This document shows, piece by piece, positions 1-14,402 of a stretch of DNA of 64,000 bases. The translations under genes were made by a program, and so were the position numbers. The notes beneath the pieces are model-generated. The model saw nothing but the letters and a program-made list of their open reading frames with translations. It had not been told where the DNA came from and ran no database searches. Numbering within the stretch: the first letter of the stretch is position 1; the number at the start of each line of letters is the position of its first letter. This DNA is from Chrysomallon squamiferum (Eukaryota; Animalia; Mollusca): the NCBI GenBank assembly GCA_012295275.1, contig CM022675.1, positions 10,230,001 through 10,294,000 of the forward strand, written 5' to 3'.

Positions 1-944
1 AATTAAATAAAAATTAAAATATTGTTGGACATTTTAAATTATTTATGTTTTTCTACATTTTAAATAAATATTCAAACAAATTTGCCATAATGACTTTTTT
101 CAAACTAAAATGTTTCAAGGTAATCCTTTTATCAACATTGCTGTGTTCATTTAGATTCTACACAGGAAGTTTCTTGTCATGGACTAAGATCACATTCTTT
201 AACATTTAAAAAGTTTTCAAAAATATTATGTAAAACTTAGAACCCTTATAAACTAAATAAAGTAAAACAAAATTGTGATTTGTACTTTATTAAGATATTT
301 ATTGTATCATAATAGCACATTGAATGAGTGTAAAACATCCAAATATTAAAACTAATACATTGAGTTCTACAAGTAAAAATAAATAAAATTTAAAATATTC
401 TCTTAAACATTATAATAAAATTTAAACACAACAGTATATAAAAAAAATAGTTTTTTATAATGAACAGTACCAGCCATATAAATAAGTTTAAAAAGTAATT
501 TTTTTGGTTGAAGCAGATAACAAAATACACAAAATGATTTATGTGTGCAGTAATGATTAACAGTACCAATATAAATACAAACCTAAATATTTAAAACATA
601 AGTTCTAGATTAAAGAATAAAACAAATAAAATGCTGATTTTAAAAAACATTATTAAAAACAGAAAAAAAAAAAAAAAAAATTAAAAAATTAAAAATTAAA
701 AAACCCACCTACAACACAAGAATAGCAAAAAAAGGGGGAAGTTTAAAAATTAAATGAAACTAACATCTATAACTCTCTCTGTATAACAAATATACTATGA
801 GATAACAATAAAATATTACTGAATAAAAAATGAAAATAACAACCAATATATGGAAATATTTTTATAAAAGTATTTTAATAAATTGAAAAAAAGCAACAAA
901 GGAAACAACTTGTTGATTTTGTGATCTCTGTGAATACAGGCAGA

Positions 945-1258
945 GACAGTTTGATTTATCTACTTAACTGTGAGCAACATCAGATAATGTGACTAACAAT
1001 AAAGTGACTGAGTGTGCCTGTCCTGTCACACTCTTCAACCTTCGACAGACAGTTTGATTTATCTACTTAACTGTGAGCAGCATCAGATAATGTGACTAAC
1101 AATAAAGCGACTGAGTGTGCCTGTCCTGTCACACTCTTCAACCTTCGACAGACAGTTTGATTTATCTACTTAACTGTGAGCAACATCAGATAATGTGACT
1201 AACAATAAAGCGACTGAGTGTGCATGTCCTGGTCACACTCTTCAACCTTCGACAGACT
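945..1258. repeat. 103-bp tandem repeat, 3 copies
   Basis: gacagtttgatttatctac recurs at 945, 1048 and 1151. Confidence 0.9.
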
Positions 1259-2057
1259 GTTACAGTAAAGAGAGGAAGTGTCATGTCACATTTTGAAGAA
1301 AATGAAAGCACACAGTCAACAAGTGACCATGTGTTCCTAGGATTATTCGAATAAACAGCACTAAATGGTACCATTAACATGATATCATGCAGGGAGAAAG
1401 CAACATTTGATGTGCATATGTCAGCACAACCATATGGCAAATAGACGCAGGTTCAGTGTAAGACAAACAGAAACAAACATTGTGCCAAAAGCAATGGTTT
1501 GAACAGTCTGACTGTGGGTTTATTCAACTGAGGTTTTCTGCATCGGAACTTTCAACACAGCAGGGAAAGTTAACTGTGTTTATGTTATCATCAACTGGTT
1601 TTATTATAATCTGCATCAGTCGTCTTTTACATGTTTATAAGTAACTCAGTATTTTGATATTCTTGTATTATGTTATAATCATATTCATTTGTACCATAGT
1701 ATTTCAGAATTATATATCTTATGTACATTTGTAGTGAATTATAAAATAATGATCTAAGAAAGGATTACAATGAACATCAATTTTAATATGACAGAGTTCT
1801 TTTAAGGTATTAATAATATTAACCATAGCTATTTTTTCGAATTGGAATAATTTAATAACTTCGGTAACATTTTTTTTTCCATCTAAGATTAAACAAATAA
1901 AAAAATAAAAAGATGAGAAAGAGCAACCAACTAATATAAATTATCTATTTGCATGTACCTTAAACATTTCTAGTATAATTACTCACTTTGATTAATCGAA
2001 TGCTTAAACAAAACCGCCCTGTTTACACCAGTCTGATTACTTAATAACGCTGATTAT

Positions 2058-2136
2058 CCGGGAAGTGACGTTATCAAGCGTGCAGGAAATGTCCTTATAG
2101 ATCACAAAAGATTTGATGTTTTTTGCTCAGGTAAAG
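2058..2136 (+). promoter_or_regulatory. Putative promoter/first non-coding exon with overlapping ETS-CRE motif
   Basis: ccgggaagtgacgt at 2058-2071 in a locally CpG-containing patch, followed by splice-donor-like cag|gtaaag at 2130/2131. No downstream partner exon identified. Confidence 0.3.
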
Positions 2137-2395
2137 GACAATATATAAAATAAAATTCTGTTTATGCAGAGGGTGCTTGGAAGTTATGAATGCAGTTTCA
2201 CAATAAATGAGCTAATTCACTGATGAACATTACACATGATTAAAAATAAATTTTAAAATTGTTTAAAAGAAATAAATTATCTAATAATATGTTTATTCAC
2301 ATTAATTTATTTTTAACCAAACATTTAACTTATTCGTACACTTATTCTGATCGAAACCCTACCATCTCTGTAAGTCTAGACATATTTAACAACAC

Positions 2396-2458
<63 letters not shown>

Positions 2459-2569
2459 AACATGTAGATAGGTTTGGGACTTGTCATAGTGAATATAGAT
2501 TCCGTTTGTACTGTCTCTGGATGATGAAAAATATAAATACCTTAGATATTACTGAATCAAAAATTTTAA

Positions 2570-2629
2570 ATGGGTCATCAGTCATATTGAGTCACGGTAT
2601 GAAAAAGTTTGAAAACCAGTGATCTAGAT
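2570..2629. mobile_element. hAT/Charlie-type terminal fragment (one end only)
   Basis: gaaaaagtttgaaaaccagtg (ends 2621) followed by atctagat, resembling a Charlie/Buster TIR and its NTCTAGAN target site. Opposite end not found. Confidence 0.35.
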
Positions 2630-2787
2630 CATACTTTATACTGAAAGACAAGGACAAATTAACACAACAACAATAGTAATAACTGAAATTACAATAACAA
2701 AGTAGAACAAACACATAACATGTATGAAGACGTGCATGGGTCATTCAGTACGTTAATGAGAAGCAGAAATTAATATTAGTAGTAACT

Positions 2788-5700
2788 CAACATGCATGCA
2801 CAGGTTGGATGTATAATCATAATGAAACATGTTTTATTTGTCTGTATGTCTTCTTATGACGTTATTGTTAGTGTTTCTGTCAACATGCATGCACAGGTTG
2901 GATGTATAATCATGTATGAAGACGTGCATGTATTTGTCTGTCTTCTGTGACGTTATTGTTAGTGTTTCTGTCAACATGCATGCACAGGTTGGATGTATAA
3001 TCATGTATGAAGACGTGCATGTATTTGTCTGTCTGTCTGTCTTCTGTGACGTTATTGTTAGTGTTTCTGTCAACATGCATGCACAGGTTGGATGTATAAT
3101 CATGTATGAAGACGTGCATGTATTTGTCTGTCTGTCTGTCTTCTGTGACGTTATTGTTAGTGTTTCTGTCAACATGCATGCACAGGTTGGATGTATAATC
3201 ATGTATGAAGACGTGCATGTATTTGTCTGTCTTCTGTGACGTTATTGTTAGTGTTTCTGTCAACATGCATGCACAGGTTGGATGTATAATCATGTATGAA
3301 GACGTGTCTGTCTGTCTAATCATGACGTTATGAAGACATGCATGTATATTGTCTGTCTGTCTGTCTTCTGTGAAGTTATTGTTAGTGTTTCTGTCAACAT
3401 GCATGCACAGGTTGGATGTATAATCATGTATGAAGACGTGCATGTGTATTTGTCTGTCTGTCTGTCTTCTGTGACGTTATTGTTAGTGTTTCTGTCAACA
3501 TGCATGCACATAATCATGTATGCACAGGTTGGATGTATGTATTTCTGTGACGTTATTGTTAGTGTTTCTGTCAACATGCATGCACAGGTTGGATGTATAA
3601 TCATGTATTTGTCTGTCTGTCTGTCTTCTGTGACGTTGTTTTGTTAGTGTTTCTGTCAACATGCATGCACAGGTTGGATGTATAATCATGTATGAAGACG
3701 TGCATGTATTTGTCTGTCTGTCTGTCTTCTGTGACGTTATTGTTAGTGTTTCTGTCAACATGCATGCACAGGTTGGATGTATAATCATGTATGAAGACGT
3801 GCATGTATTTGTCTGTCTGTCTGTCTTCTGTGACGTTATTGTTAGTGTTTCTGTCAACATGCATGCACAGGTTGGATGTATAATCATGTATGAAGACGTG
3901 CATGTATTTGTCTGTCTGTCTTCTGTGACGTTATTGTTAGTGTTTCTGTCAACATGCATGCACAGGTTGGATGTATAATCATGTATGAAGACGTGCATGT
4001 GTCTGTCTGTCTGTCTTCTGTGACGTTATTGTTAGTGAAGATGCACAGGTTGGATGTATAATCATTATGTCTGTCTGTCTGTCTTCTGTGACGTTATTGT
4101 TAGTGTTTCTGTCAACATGCATGCACAGGTTGGATGTATAATCATGTATGAAGACGTGCATGTGTATTTGTCTGTCTGTCTGTCTTCTGTGACGTTATTG
4201 TTAGTGTTTCTGTCAACATGCATGCACAGGTTGGATGTATAATGTATCATGTATTTGTCTGTCTGTCTGTATGACGAAGATGCATGCATGTATAATCATG
4301 TATTCTGTCTTCTGTCGTTATTGTTAGTGTTTCTGTCAACATGCATGCACAGGTTGGATGTATAATCATTGAAGACGTGCATGTAGGTTTTGTATAATCT
4401 GTCATTTGTCTGTCTGTGTCTTCTGTGACGTTATTGTTAGTGTTTCTGTCAACATGCATGCACAGGTTGGATGTATAATCATGTATGAAGACGTGCATGT
4501 ATTTGTCTGTCTGTCTGTCTTCTGTGACGTTATTGTTAGTGTTTCTGTCAACATTGCACAGGTTGTTATGTATTTGTCTGTGTCTTCTGTGACGTTATTG
4601 TTAGTGTTTCTGTCAACATGTTGCACAGGTTGGATGTATAATCATGTATGAAGACGTGCATGTATTTGTCTGTCTGTCTGTCTTCTGTGACGTTATTGTT
4701 AGTGTTTCTGTCAACATGCATGCACAGGTTGGATGTATAATCATGTATGAAGACGTGCATGTCTGTTTGTCTGTCTGTCTGTCTTCTGTGACGTTATTGT
4801 TAGTGTTTCTGTCAACATGCATGCACAGGTTGGATGTATAATCATGTATGAAGACGTGCATGTATTTGTCTGTCTGTCTTCTGTGACGTTATTGTTAGTG
4901 TTTCTGTCAACATGCATGCACAGGTTGGATGTATAATCATGTATGAAGACGTGCATGTATTTGTCTGTCTGTCTGTCTTCTGTGACGTTATTGTTAGTGT
5001 TTCTGTCAACATGCATGCACAGGTTGGATGTATAATCATGTATGAACAGGTTGGATGTACGTTAAGTGTTTCTGTCAACATGTAGGTTGATGTATAATCA
5101 TGTATGAAGACGTGCATGTATTTGTCTGTCTGTCTGTCTTCTGTGACGTTATTGTTAGTGTTTCTGTCAACATGCATGCACAGGTTGGATGTATAATCAT
5201 GTATGAAGACGTGCATGTATTTGTCTGTCTGTCTGTCTGTCTTCATGCATGAGGTTGGATTATTGTTAGTGTTTCTGTCAACATGTCAACATGCACAGGT
5301 TGGATGTATAATCATGTGATGAAGTGCATGTATTTGTCTGTCATGTCTTCTGTGACGTTATTGTTCTGTCATGCATGCACAGGTTGGATGTATAATCATG
5401 TATGAAGACGTGCATGTATTTGTCTGTCTGTCTGTCTTCTGTGACGTTATTGTTAGTGTTTCTGTCAACATGCATGCACAGGTTGGATGTATAATCATGT
5501 ATGAAGACGTGCATGTATTTGTCTGTCTGTCTGTCTTCTGTGACGTTATTGTTAGTGTTTCTGTCAACATGCATGCACAGGTTGGATGTATAATCATGTA
5601 TGAAGACGTGCATGTATTTGTCTGTCTGTCTGTCTTCTGTGACGTTATTGTTAGTGTTTCTGTCAACATGCATGCACAGGTTGGATGTATAATCATGTAT

Positions 5701-5952
5701 GAAGACGTGTCTGTCTGTCTGTCTTCTGTGACGTTATTGTTAGTGTTTCTGTCAACATGCATGCACAGGTTGGATGTATAATCATGTATGAAGACGTGCA
5801 TGTATTTGTCTGTCTGTCTGTCTGTCTTCTGTGACGTTATTGTTAGTGTTTCTGTCAACATGCATGCACAGGTTGGATGTATAATCATGTATGAAGACGT
5901 GCATGTATTTGTCTGTCTGTCTGTCTTCTGTGAAGTTATTGTTAGTGTTTCT
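2788..5952. repeat. 99-bp satellite, ~30 copies, with variable (tgtc)n tract
   Basis: Unit ttgtctgtctgtctgtcttctgtgacgttattgttagtgtttctgtcaacatgcatgcacaggttggatgtataatcatgtatgaagacgtgcatgtat; period 99 (3002 to 3101). Explains all 33-aa-periodic ORFs here. Confidence 0.95.
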
Positions 5953-6020
5953 CGGACTCTAAATCTGTCTTTTTGCATGCATGGCTTTCAAATGAAAGTT
6001 ATTTTTAAAATTTTATCCTG

Positions 6021-6320
6021 ACCCTGATCACTAATCATTACATTGCCCTAAAGCTAATGCTAACCCTGATCACTAATCATTACATTGCCCTAAAGCTAAT
6101 GCTAACCCTGATCACTAATCATTACATTGCCCTAAAGCTAATGCTAACCCTGATCACTAATCATTACATTGCCCTAAAGCTAATGCTAACCCTGATCACT
6201 AATCATTACATTGCCCTAAAGCTAATGCTAACCCTGATCACTAATCATTACATTGCCCTAAAGCTAATGCTAACCCTGATCACTAATCATTACATTGCCA
6301 TAAAGCTAATGCTAACCCTA
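6021..6320. repeat. 42-bp tandem repeat, ~7 copies, containing ctaaccct
   Basis: accctgatcactaatcattacattgccctaaagctaatgcta repeated; 14-aa-periodic ORF. Confidence 0.92.
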
Positions 6321-6624
6321 CCTGTAACCTTATTTGAACAAAAGCAGGAATTATAGATTTATCAAAATAAGATATATCATAACACTCTTTTTGTACTATC
6401 CAATGTTATTTTTTCTTTTAAATGAAAGCTATTTTAAATTTTATCTTATTACTCATCATGACATTTTTTTAAGTTTTAAGAGAAAAGCATTTTCAGAGAA
6501 ATAAATAACTCTAACCCTTGTGCAATTCAAACATTTTTTAGAAACATTTTATGCTAATGTTTGCTATGAATTTCTAAAGTTTTGTATGAAAAGTCTCTTA
6601 ATTAAAAATAGATACTTAAGTCTA

Positions 6625-7090
6625 ACATTTACCCTAACCTTAACCTGAATGCTATCCCTTACACAAACCCTAGTCATAACCTTACATCTCACAATATAAT
6701 GAGTAAAATATTGATCCTAATGAAAACTATTTTACATTTTATGTTCAAACTGATCCTTAAACATTTTGCAAGTCCATATTTTGAAAAAAAAAGTTCTTAA
6801 AATTTGATAACATCACTGATCAAGTGTAAATTTTTTAAATGAAAGTAATTAACTATTTTATTGCAAAAGTCATCATAAATGTTTCAAAGTTTACATCAGA
6901 AGTCTCTTTATGTAAATAAGTAATTAAATCTAACATTAACCTGATACCTAGCATAGACCCTAACCCTAACTCTAATCCTAACCCTAACTCTAATCCTAAC
7001 CCTAACTCTAATCCTAACACAAACAATAGTCCTGAACGTAACCCTACACTGAACAAAACCCCAAAGTTAACCCTAACCCTATCCATAGCC
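6625..7090. repeat. Degenerate (TAACCC)n-like tracts
   Basis: e.g. ccctaaccctaactctaatcctaaccctaactctaatcctaaccctaac at ~6958-7010, and similar tracts at ~6630 and ~7070. Confidence 0.75.
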
Positions 7091-7449
7091 TTAATGAGTA
7101 ACAAGTGTAGCTTACATAAGTAATAAGTGTGTCTTAGAAAAGTAGTAAGTGTATTTTAGTTAAGTGATAAGTTATTACAGAAAAGTAGTGAGTGTATCTT
7201 AGATAAGTAACAAATGTATCATAGATAAGTAATAAGTGTTCATAAGTGTAGCTTAGATAAGTAATAAGTGTATCATATCAGCTTGTATTATGTATGTTTA
7301 TTACTAGTTATTTGTTTATAGATAGATAGATAGATACAATACTACTGAATAAATAAAATAAAATAAGAAACAAAACTGATCACAAATAAAAAAAATAAAA
7401 AAAAGGAAAGAAAAGTAAAATGATGCACAAAAACCTAAAAACAAAACAA

Positions 7450-7715
7450 ATTGTTATTATTACCACTACTGATACTGTTACTACCACAAGTACTACTATT
7501 ACTAATATCATTATTATGAAGACTGCTACAACTATTATTATCACTACTATTACTACTAGTACTATTAACACTAACTTTATTACTGTTGCTACTATCAATA
7601 TTACTACTGTCATTACTATTACTGCTACTGTTACTGCAGCTACTATTACTATCTCAATTATAATTACTACTGCCATCACTACTACCTACTACCAAATGTA
7701 ATTACTAACACTACC
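7450..7715. repeat. (ACT/ATT)n low-complexity trinucleotide tract
   Basis: Thr/Ile-rich and Val/Ile-rich ORFs on opposite strands arise from degenerate trinucleotide repeats. Confidence 0.85.
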
Positions 7716-7800
7716 ATAAATGTTTTATCTTATTAGATATATCTTTAAATAATAAGCAATCCAGTACAAGCTAATTAGTTTATTATATAATTAGCTAATT

Positions 7801-7836
<36 letters not shown>

Positions 7837-8020
7837 CTCTCTATATGTATATATGTGTGTATTCATACATATACACACATACATAGACACACAAAAACAC
7901 ACACATATATATAAAATGTATCTAAAGAGCACTTTGATATGCATTACAATGGTCAAAATACATATATATACATACCTACATACTGACCTACCTACCTACA
8001 TATATATATATATACATACA

Positions 8021-8053
<33 letters not shown>

Positions 8054-8156
8054 TTATATATAAATGTATGTAAGTGTGTATGTATGATATGTAGTTTAGC
8101 ATCAGACTCTGCACATAGACTTTATTCAGGAATGTACTGACACAGGAGGACAAAGT

Positions 8157-8359
8157 CCAATCACAACCTCACAAAGCCTGTCAAATATAACTGATGAGAC
8201 TTGACTTATGACACCCATTCAACTGCACCAAAAAGGCTGACAATGTTACCATTCAGCCACCAAGACAACCTATAATATATACACATGCACACAGACATAG
8301 ATACAGATTGTGTGTGTGTGTGTGTGTGTTATATACATGTATGTATGTATGTATGTATG

Positions 8360-8391
<32 letters not shown>

Positions 8392-8582
8392 CAAATGCAC
8401 ACAGACATACATGTAGTTCTTTATAAACTAATAATAATAAGAAGAAGAAGAAGAAAATAATAATAGTAATAACAATAGAAATATTAGTACAATCACAACT
8501 TCACAAAACCTGTCAAATTTTGCTGACCAGACTCACCCACACTCCGAATGTAGATGTTACCATTCAGCCATCTAGACAATCT

Positions 8583-8630
<48 letters not shown>

Positions 8631-9155
8631 ACCTATATAAACAAAGTTGTACAGATGTGTGTATTATGTACACACATACGTACACACACACACAAATATA
8701 CATGCAGACACACATACATACACACACACACACAAATATACATGCAGACACACATACACATAGATATGTGTGTGCGCATGCATGCTATAAACATGAGCTA
8801 ATTATGGTACTTCGTGCATTTTGTGTGAAATATATAATAGCAATAATAATAATAATTCCACTGTTAGTAGCAGTTGTAATATTAGTAACAGTAATGGTAG
8901 CAGGCACTGTAGTTGTATTGGTAGTGGTAAATAAATAAATACATAAATAAAGTGAATAAAAACAATACACAACATGCGTTGTTTATAAACAGTTTATACT
9001 ACTACTACTACTAATAATAATAAAATAAATAATAATAATAACAACAACAATAGTAATATTAGTACAATCACAACCAGTCAAATGCAGCTGATGAGACTCA
9101 AACTTATGTCACCCGTTCACCTGCACCCCACAGTTGACAGTGTTACTATTCGTGT
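8157..9155 (-). mobile_element. Three degenerate copies of a ~100-bp tRNA-derived SINE-like head (~8157-8272, ~8488-8583, ~9062-9152) between microsatellites
   Basis: Minus strand of the first copy reads GGTTGTCTTGGTGGCTGAATGGTAACATTG... (A-box-like TGGCTGAATGG) with a degenerate B-box-like AAGTCAAGTCTC. The three segments are visibly homologous. Confidence 0.4.
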
Positions 9156-9161
9156 ATTGAG

Positions 9162-9206
<45 letters not shown>

Positions 9207-9390
9207 AACACCTATATGTGTATATATGTCTGTATGTGTTTATATGAATATACTAATATATAAACACAGACACACACACATATATATATATATGAACCTA
9301 GATAGACAGCACACACACACACAGAGACACACATGCAGACAGATATGTATGTATGCATACACAGACATGAGTGTTTATGTATGTTTGTTT

Positions 9391-9600
<210 letters not shown>

Positions 9601-9827
9601 CTATCAACGTGAGCCCATTATGGGTAAATTGTGTAAAGGGTATAATAGTAATAATAATTGCAGTGTTAGTATCAGTAGTAATAGTAGGAGCAGCATCCCT
9701 AGCAGGCACTGTCGTTGTATTGGTAAATAAATAAATAGATAAATAAATTTACTATTAATATTAAAAAACAAAAATGAAAGTGTAATCCTTTACAAAGTGG
9801 TTTTAATAATAAGAAAAAGAACAATGT

Positions 9828-9865
<38 letters not shown>

Positions 9866-10003
9866 TATTTAATAATAATAAAGTAATAATAATAGTAGTA
9901 ATAACAATAATAACAACAAAAAGAACAGCAAAAGTAATGTTAATACTAATAAATGCTGTAATTGTTACAACAGAAAAAAAAAAAATAAAATACAAAACAA
10001 TCG

Positions 10004-10242
10004 ACTTACTTGTTGTTTTCTTTTTTTGACCAAGTCAGCTCAGTCTCCCAGAATGAAGTAATTATCTTTAATGAAAAGAATGTCTAAGTAATCCAAATAA
10101 ACTGAATCCATATCATATTCATCTTTAAAATACAGAAAAATATAAAATAAGTATCATAAAAATATATCTATTTAGAATTTGACGCCATGTTGCTGCTGCT
10201 GCTACTTTTCCAGTGACGTCATTCCGATTATGCAAATTGGCC
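10004..10242 (-). promoter_or_regulatory. Putative Pol II promoter cluster (YY1-like, CRE, octamer, CCAAT) with possible first exon
   Basis: gacgccatgtt at 10181 (AACATGGCG on minus), TGACGTCA 10214-10221, ATGCAAAT 10230-10237, ATTGG 10236-10240; minus-strand donor caa|gtaagt at 10010/10009. Confidence 0.4.
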
Positions 10243-12082
10243 AAGTTAAAAGTCAGATGGCTTTAAAACCAGAACCATTTATTAAATTGTTTGTTTATTT
10301 TGTAAAGCATTTATATAATTTAAAAACTTTTTGATGACATTTTGTTAGAATTTGTCTTTTTATTCCTGCATAACATTATTAAACCATACACATTTATAAG
10401 ACTAGTTCGGCCATTGCCGTAACATGCGATGTCACGAAGAATTAATACAGTTCTATTCGTTGTGACAAAACGTTCTGTAACCTAAACTTAGGATAAGGGT
10501 TGAGATAGTTTCTGTCAATAAAATCGGAAAGTTGAAGTTGACATTTCTAGATATAAAAATTAAAAGAAAAAGTATGATAAAAAATAAACAAGACCATGTC
10601 TTATTCAATATTGATACAATTATTCAGAACATTAAACGGTTAAGTACTTTTGTTGTTAACCGGTTTTGGTTGCTTGGGTGTGATAATAAAAACACATTCC
10701 GACTAACCAGAACCAGTTACTAATTTAGTGTCATCAGCAATTTATTTATTTAAATATTTATAATAGTTTTATATTGAAGGCGTTAATCAATTTAATTTCA
10801 ATTAATGATTTTCATGTTTTATATTTTATGAGATAATATGTGACTATTAAAAGTACGTTTATAAATCAATGTTTATATACAGATATAGATTATAGCTTAG
10901 TCTCTTCATTTGGTTTACGTAAACTGCCGAAGCCAAGTTGTCTTATTTATTAATTGTTTAAATAATTTATTTATTTAGGAACTTTTAGGTATTTTACCAG
11001 TTTTGCACCAAGAAAACATATTTTCAGTTGCTGTGTTAAATAAATGCATTATAAATTCGCAGAGATCACAAGGTTTTTTTAAATCTAAATAAAACAGTTA
11101 ATTCAGGTAATTTCACATTCGACCATTTCCGTGATCTGTGATACGGTAATCGCTTGTAACAAAGTATTAAAACAATAAATTATTTAAAAATAAACAAATA
11201 AATAAATAACTAAATAATAATAATAATCATAATAGTAAAGATTATCAAATAAAATCAGATTATAAAAAAATTAAAAGTCCGAAAGTTATTGGTTTAGATT
11301 TCTGTGTAAATAATGTGTATGTTGTGCACTATTAATACCATTACCTAACTGAATATCATAAAGCAGTTTTGTGCTAAAGGAGAATGGAGAAGACTACAGA
11401 GAAAACAGAAGTTAAAAAACAGTTTTGCTGAAAGTAATAAAGGAATTTGTTTGGTGTTAAAGAAGAGACATCATACAACTGATACAAATCTAATTAAATA
11501 CTCACCCAGCTGTGTTGAAATAATGATGATGATGATGATGATGATGATGTTGGTGAGGTCATGATTGGACTTCATCTTCCTGTGCCAATGATTTCCACAA
11601 AATTGTCTGAATGCAGAATCTAAGCAGATGTACATAAAACAAGATACTAATACATGCACACACACATGTCTATAAATACAGACACACTCATACATTCATA
11701 CATATATACATACATCTGTATAAATATATACATGCAGACACATACATACAGAAACAAAAATACCTGCATACATAGAGAAATTATATACACACACATACAC
11801 ATACAAACATACATTACACTCATATGAACTAATTCTAATGTTCAGGTGTACAGACAGACAGACATATTTACTGACACATTTGACACTTGGTGGACACAGA
11901 CCCATCTTACAACACATAAATAAATAATAAATAAGTAAATAAAATAAGGAAATGAAAGAAAAATGAAATTAACACATTAGCAGTTAAATAGTTTAATTAG
12001 TTAATAAAATAAATAAATATTGAATAAAAAAAAATGTCATTATAAAGGACCAAAATACACTCCATACACACACAAAACAACC

Positions 12083-12129
<47 letters not shown>

Positions 12130-13166
12130 TCTCTCTGTCTTTCTGTTTCTGCCAATTCTCTCCCCCTTTATGTACGTAAGTTTTAGAAACCCATAATAAC
12201 TTCAGAGCAGTACAGTAAGATCCACTTTAAACCCTTTTAACAACCAGATCTACTTTAACCTACTAATACTTACCTTACAGCTGTGTGTTATTGTTTCATC
12301 TGGAAAATAAATAATCATTATAAAAAATAATTAAGAAATAAATAAAAGAAAGAAAGAATTAAGGAAGAAAGGAAAAGAAAAAATGAAGCTATGTAATATA
12401 TAAATTTGCCTAGACAAGCACTATCAGCAGGCTGAATACTTTGGAGTGAGAGAAAACTGGTCAGTAGTTAGTGTAGATACTTTACTTCTAGCTGTAGCTA
12501 ATTTACTTGAAAATAAACTGAAGATATTCTCAAGTAAGTATGTAAGACTTGTATATGAAATGAAACCCACAAAGAAAACAAGAGTCTTAAAAGGAAACTG
12601 TCTTTTTAGCTCACACACAACTTGAACATTACAATTTATATATCCCTGACATAATGCAGTCTTCACATTAAACACCACCTCACAAAAAATTAATAACCAT
12701 GTGGACACACAAAGGAAAAAGAAAAATCACCTTGTCACTGTTTCTATCGGGAAAATAAGCAAGTATAATAATAAGAAGAAGAACACTGGGGGAAAAAAAA
12801 AATCCAGGCTAGAGACAACTGGGAAGGAATACACAATTATATCAGAGAAAACTGTCAAAACTGCAGTAAGACATTTATTCATTTCATTTTTGGGTCTTCA
12901 GTCCTGTAACAAGGAGAAATATTTTCTGTATCATAACATAGTAGATATTTCTGCATGCTGAAAAGCCTAGGGCTTTCTTTTTTTACTTTTTTTTTTTTTT
13001 TGTCACTAGCTGGTCAAAGTTTTTATGTATGCAAATCTGGTATAATAAAACACTAAAGGGAGTAGAAAAATTACCAAGACAACAATGAACCAGAAAAAAG
13101 AAAAACAGCAAGAGAAATTATTAATTATGTTTGAAATTACACAATCTTTTCTTGTACTGAAAGCAC

Positions 13167-13406
13167 AGACACAAAGCAGAATGCTAAGAGGCAGTTCCTC
13201 AGCTCTGATCTGAATGTGTAGTTTATACATGATCAGTGTTAAAACAACACAAAGCAGAATGCTAAGAGGCAGTTCCTCAGCTCTGATCTGAATGTGTAGT
13301 TTATACATGATCAGTGTTAAAACAACACAAAGCAGAATGCTAAGAGGCAGTTCTTCAGCTCTGATCTGAATGTGTAGTTTATACATGATCAGTGTTAAAA
13401 CAACAC
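13167..13406. repeat. 78-bp tandem repeat, 3 copies
   Basis: acacaaagcagaatgctaagaggcagttc... recurs; 26-aa periodicity in ORF 13006-13386. Confidence 0.92.
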
Positions 13407-13711
13407 GAAAGAAACCTGTTTCCTTTCAAACAATAGAAGTGTTTTCTACAGGGAATGCAGTTACACATTCCACAGTCCCAGATATAACTGGTATTTTGTG
13501 TGATATAAAAGACTCAGCACAGGTGACAAGTGATAGGAAAGCAGATTATGAAGTACTTGGACAAAATAATTTAAAATCACAGCATTCCATATAATACTGC
13601 CACTGTTGAAGCTGTACTTACAGCATTTTGTTCTTTGGGGAATCATGTGCATTACATGAGAAAATGGAGTTGCTGCTTCTTAAGATTTTACAAACTGAAC
13701 AGTGGAGGAGT

Positions 13712-14402
13712 ATCCTGCTGTTGATTGAAATATAGTTAAATTATTATCATATTGAATGTGATTTTATATTTTAACACTATAACACTATAAATCCTGCTGT
13801 TGATTGAAATATAGTTAAATTATTATCATATTGAATGTGATTTTATATTTTAACACTATAACACTATAAAACCTGCTGTTGATTGAAATATAGTTAAATT
13901 ATTATCATATTGAATGTGATTTTATATTTTAACACTATAACACTATAAATCCTGCTGTTGATTGAAATATAGTTAAATTATTATCATATTGAATGTGATT
14001 TTATATTTTAACACTATAACACTATAAATCCTGCTGTTGATTGAAATATAGTTAAATTATTATCATATTGAATGTGATTTTATATTTTAACACTATAACA
14101 CTATAAATCCTGCTGTTGATTGAAATATAGTTAAATTATTATCATATTGAATGTGATTTTATATTTTAACACTATAACACTATAAAACCTTGCTTATGAT
14201 TGAAATATAGTTAAATTATTATCATATTGAATGTGATTTTATATTTTAACACTATAACACTATAAATCCTGCTGTTGATTGAAATATAGTTAAATTATTA
14301 TCATATTGAATGTGATTTTATATTTTAACACTATAACACTATAAATCCTGCTGTTGATTGAAATATAGTTAAATTATTATCATATTGAATGTGATTTTAT
14401 AT
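13712..14402. repeat. 79-bp tandem repeat, ~9 copies
   Basis: atcctgctgttgattgaaatatag at 13712, 13791 and onward. Confidence 0.95.

Noticed and set aside
1186-1620. Possible decayed retroelement coding sequence
   Set aside because: Only vague similarity, several stops, no diagnostic motif.
2834-6021. Many 33-aa-periodic ORFs on both strands
   Set aside because: By-products of a 99-bp satellite; frames switch wherever the (tgtc)n length changes.
7420-7701. Mucin-like Thr-rich ORF (also 40539-40766)
   Set aside because: Degenerate trinucleotide tracts with no signal peptide or exon context.
11500-11620. Exon-like block on the minus strand with AG and GTGAGT ends
   Set aside because: Contains a (CAT)n tract, no recognisable domain and no partner exons.
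12424-13700. Several 60-130-aa ORFs in moderately complex sequence
   Set aside because: No recognisable domain; the longest depends on the 78-bp repeat.
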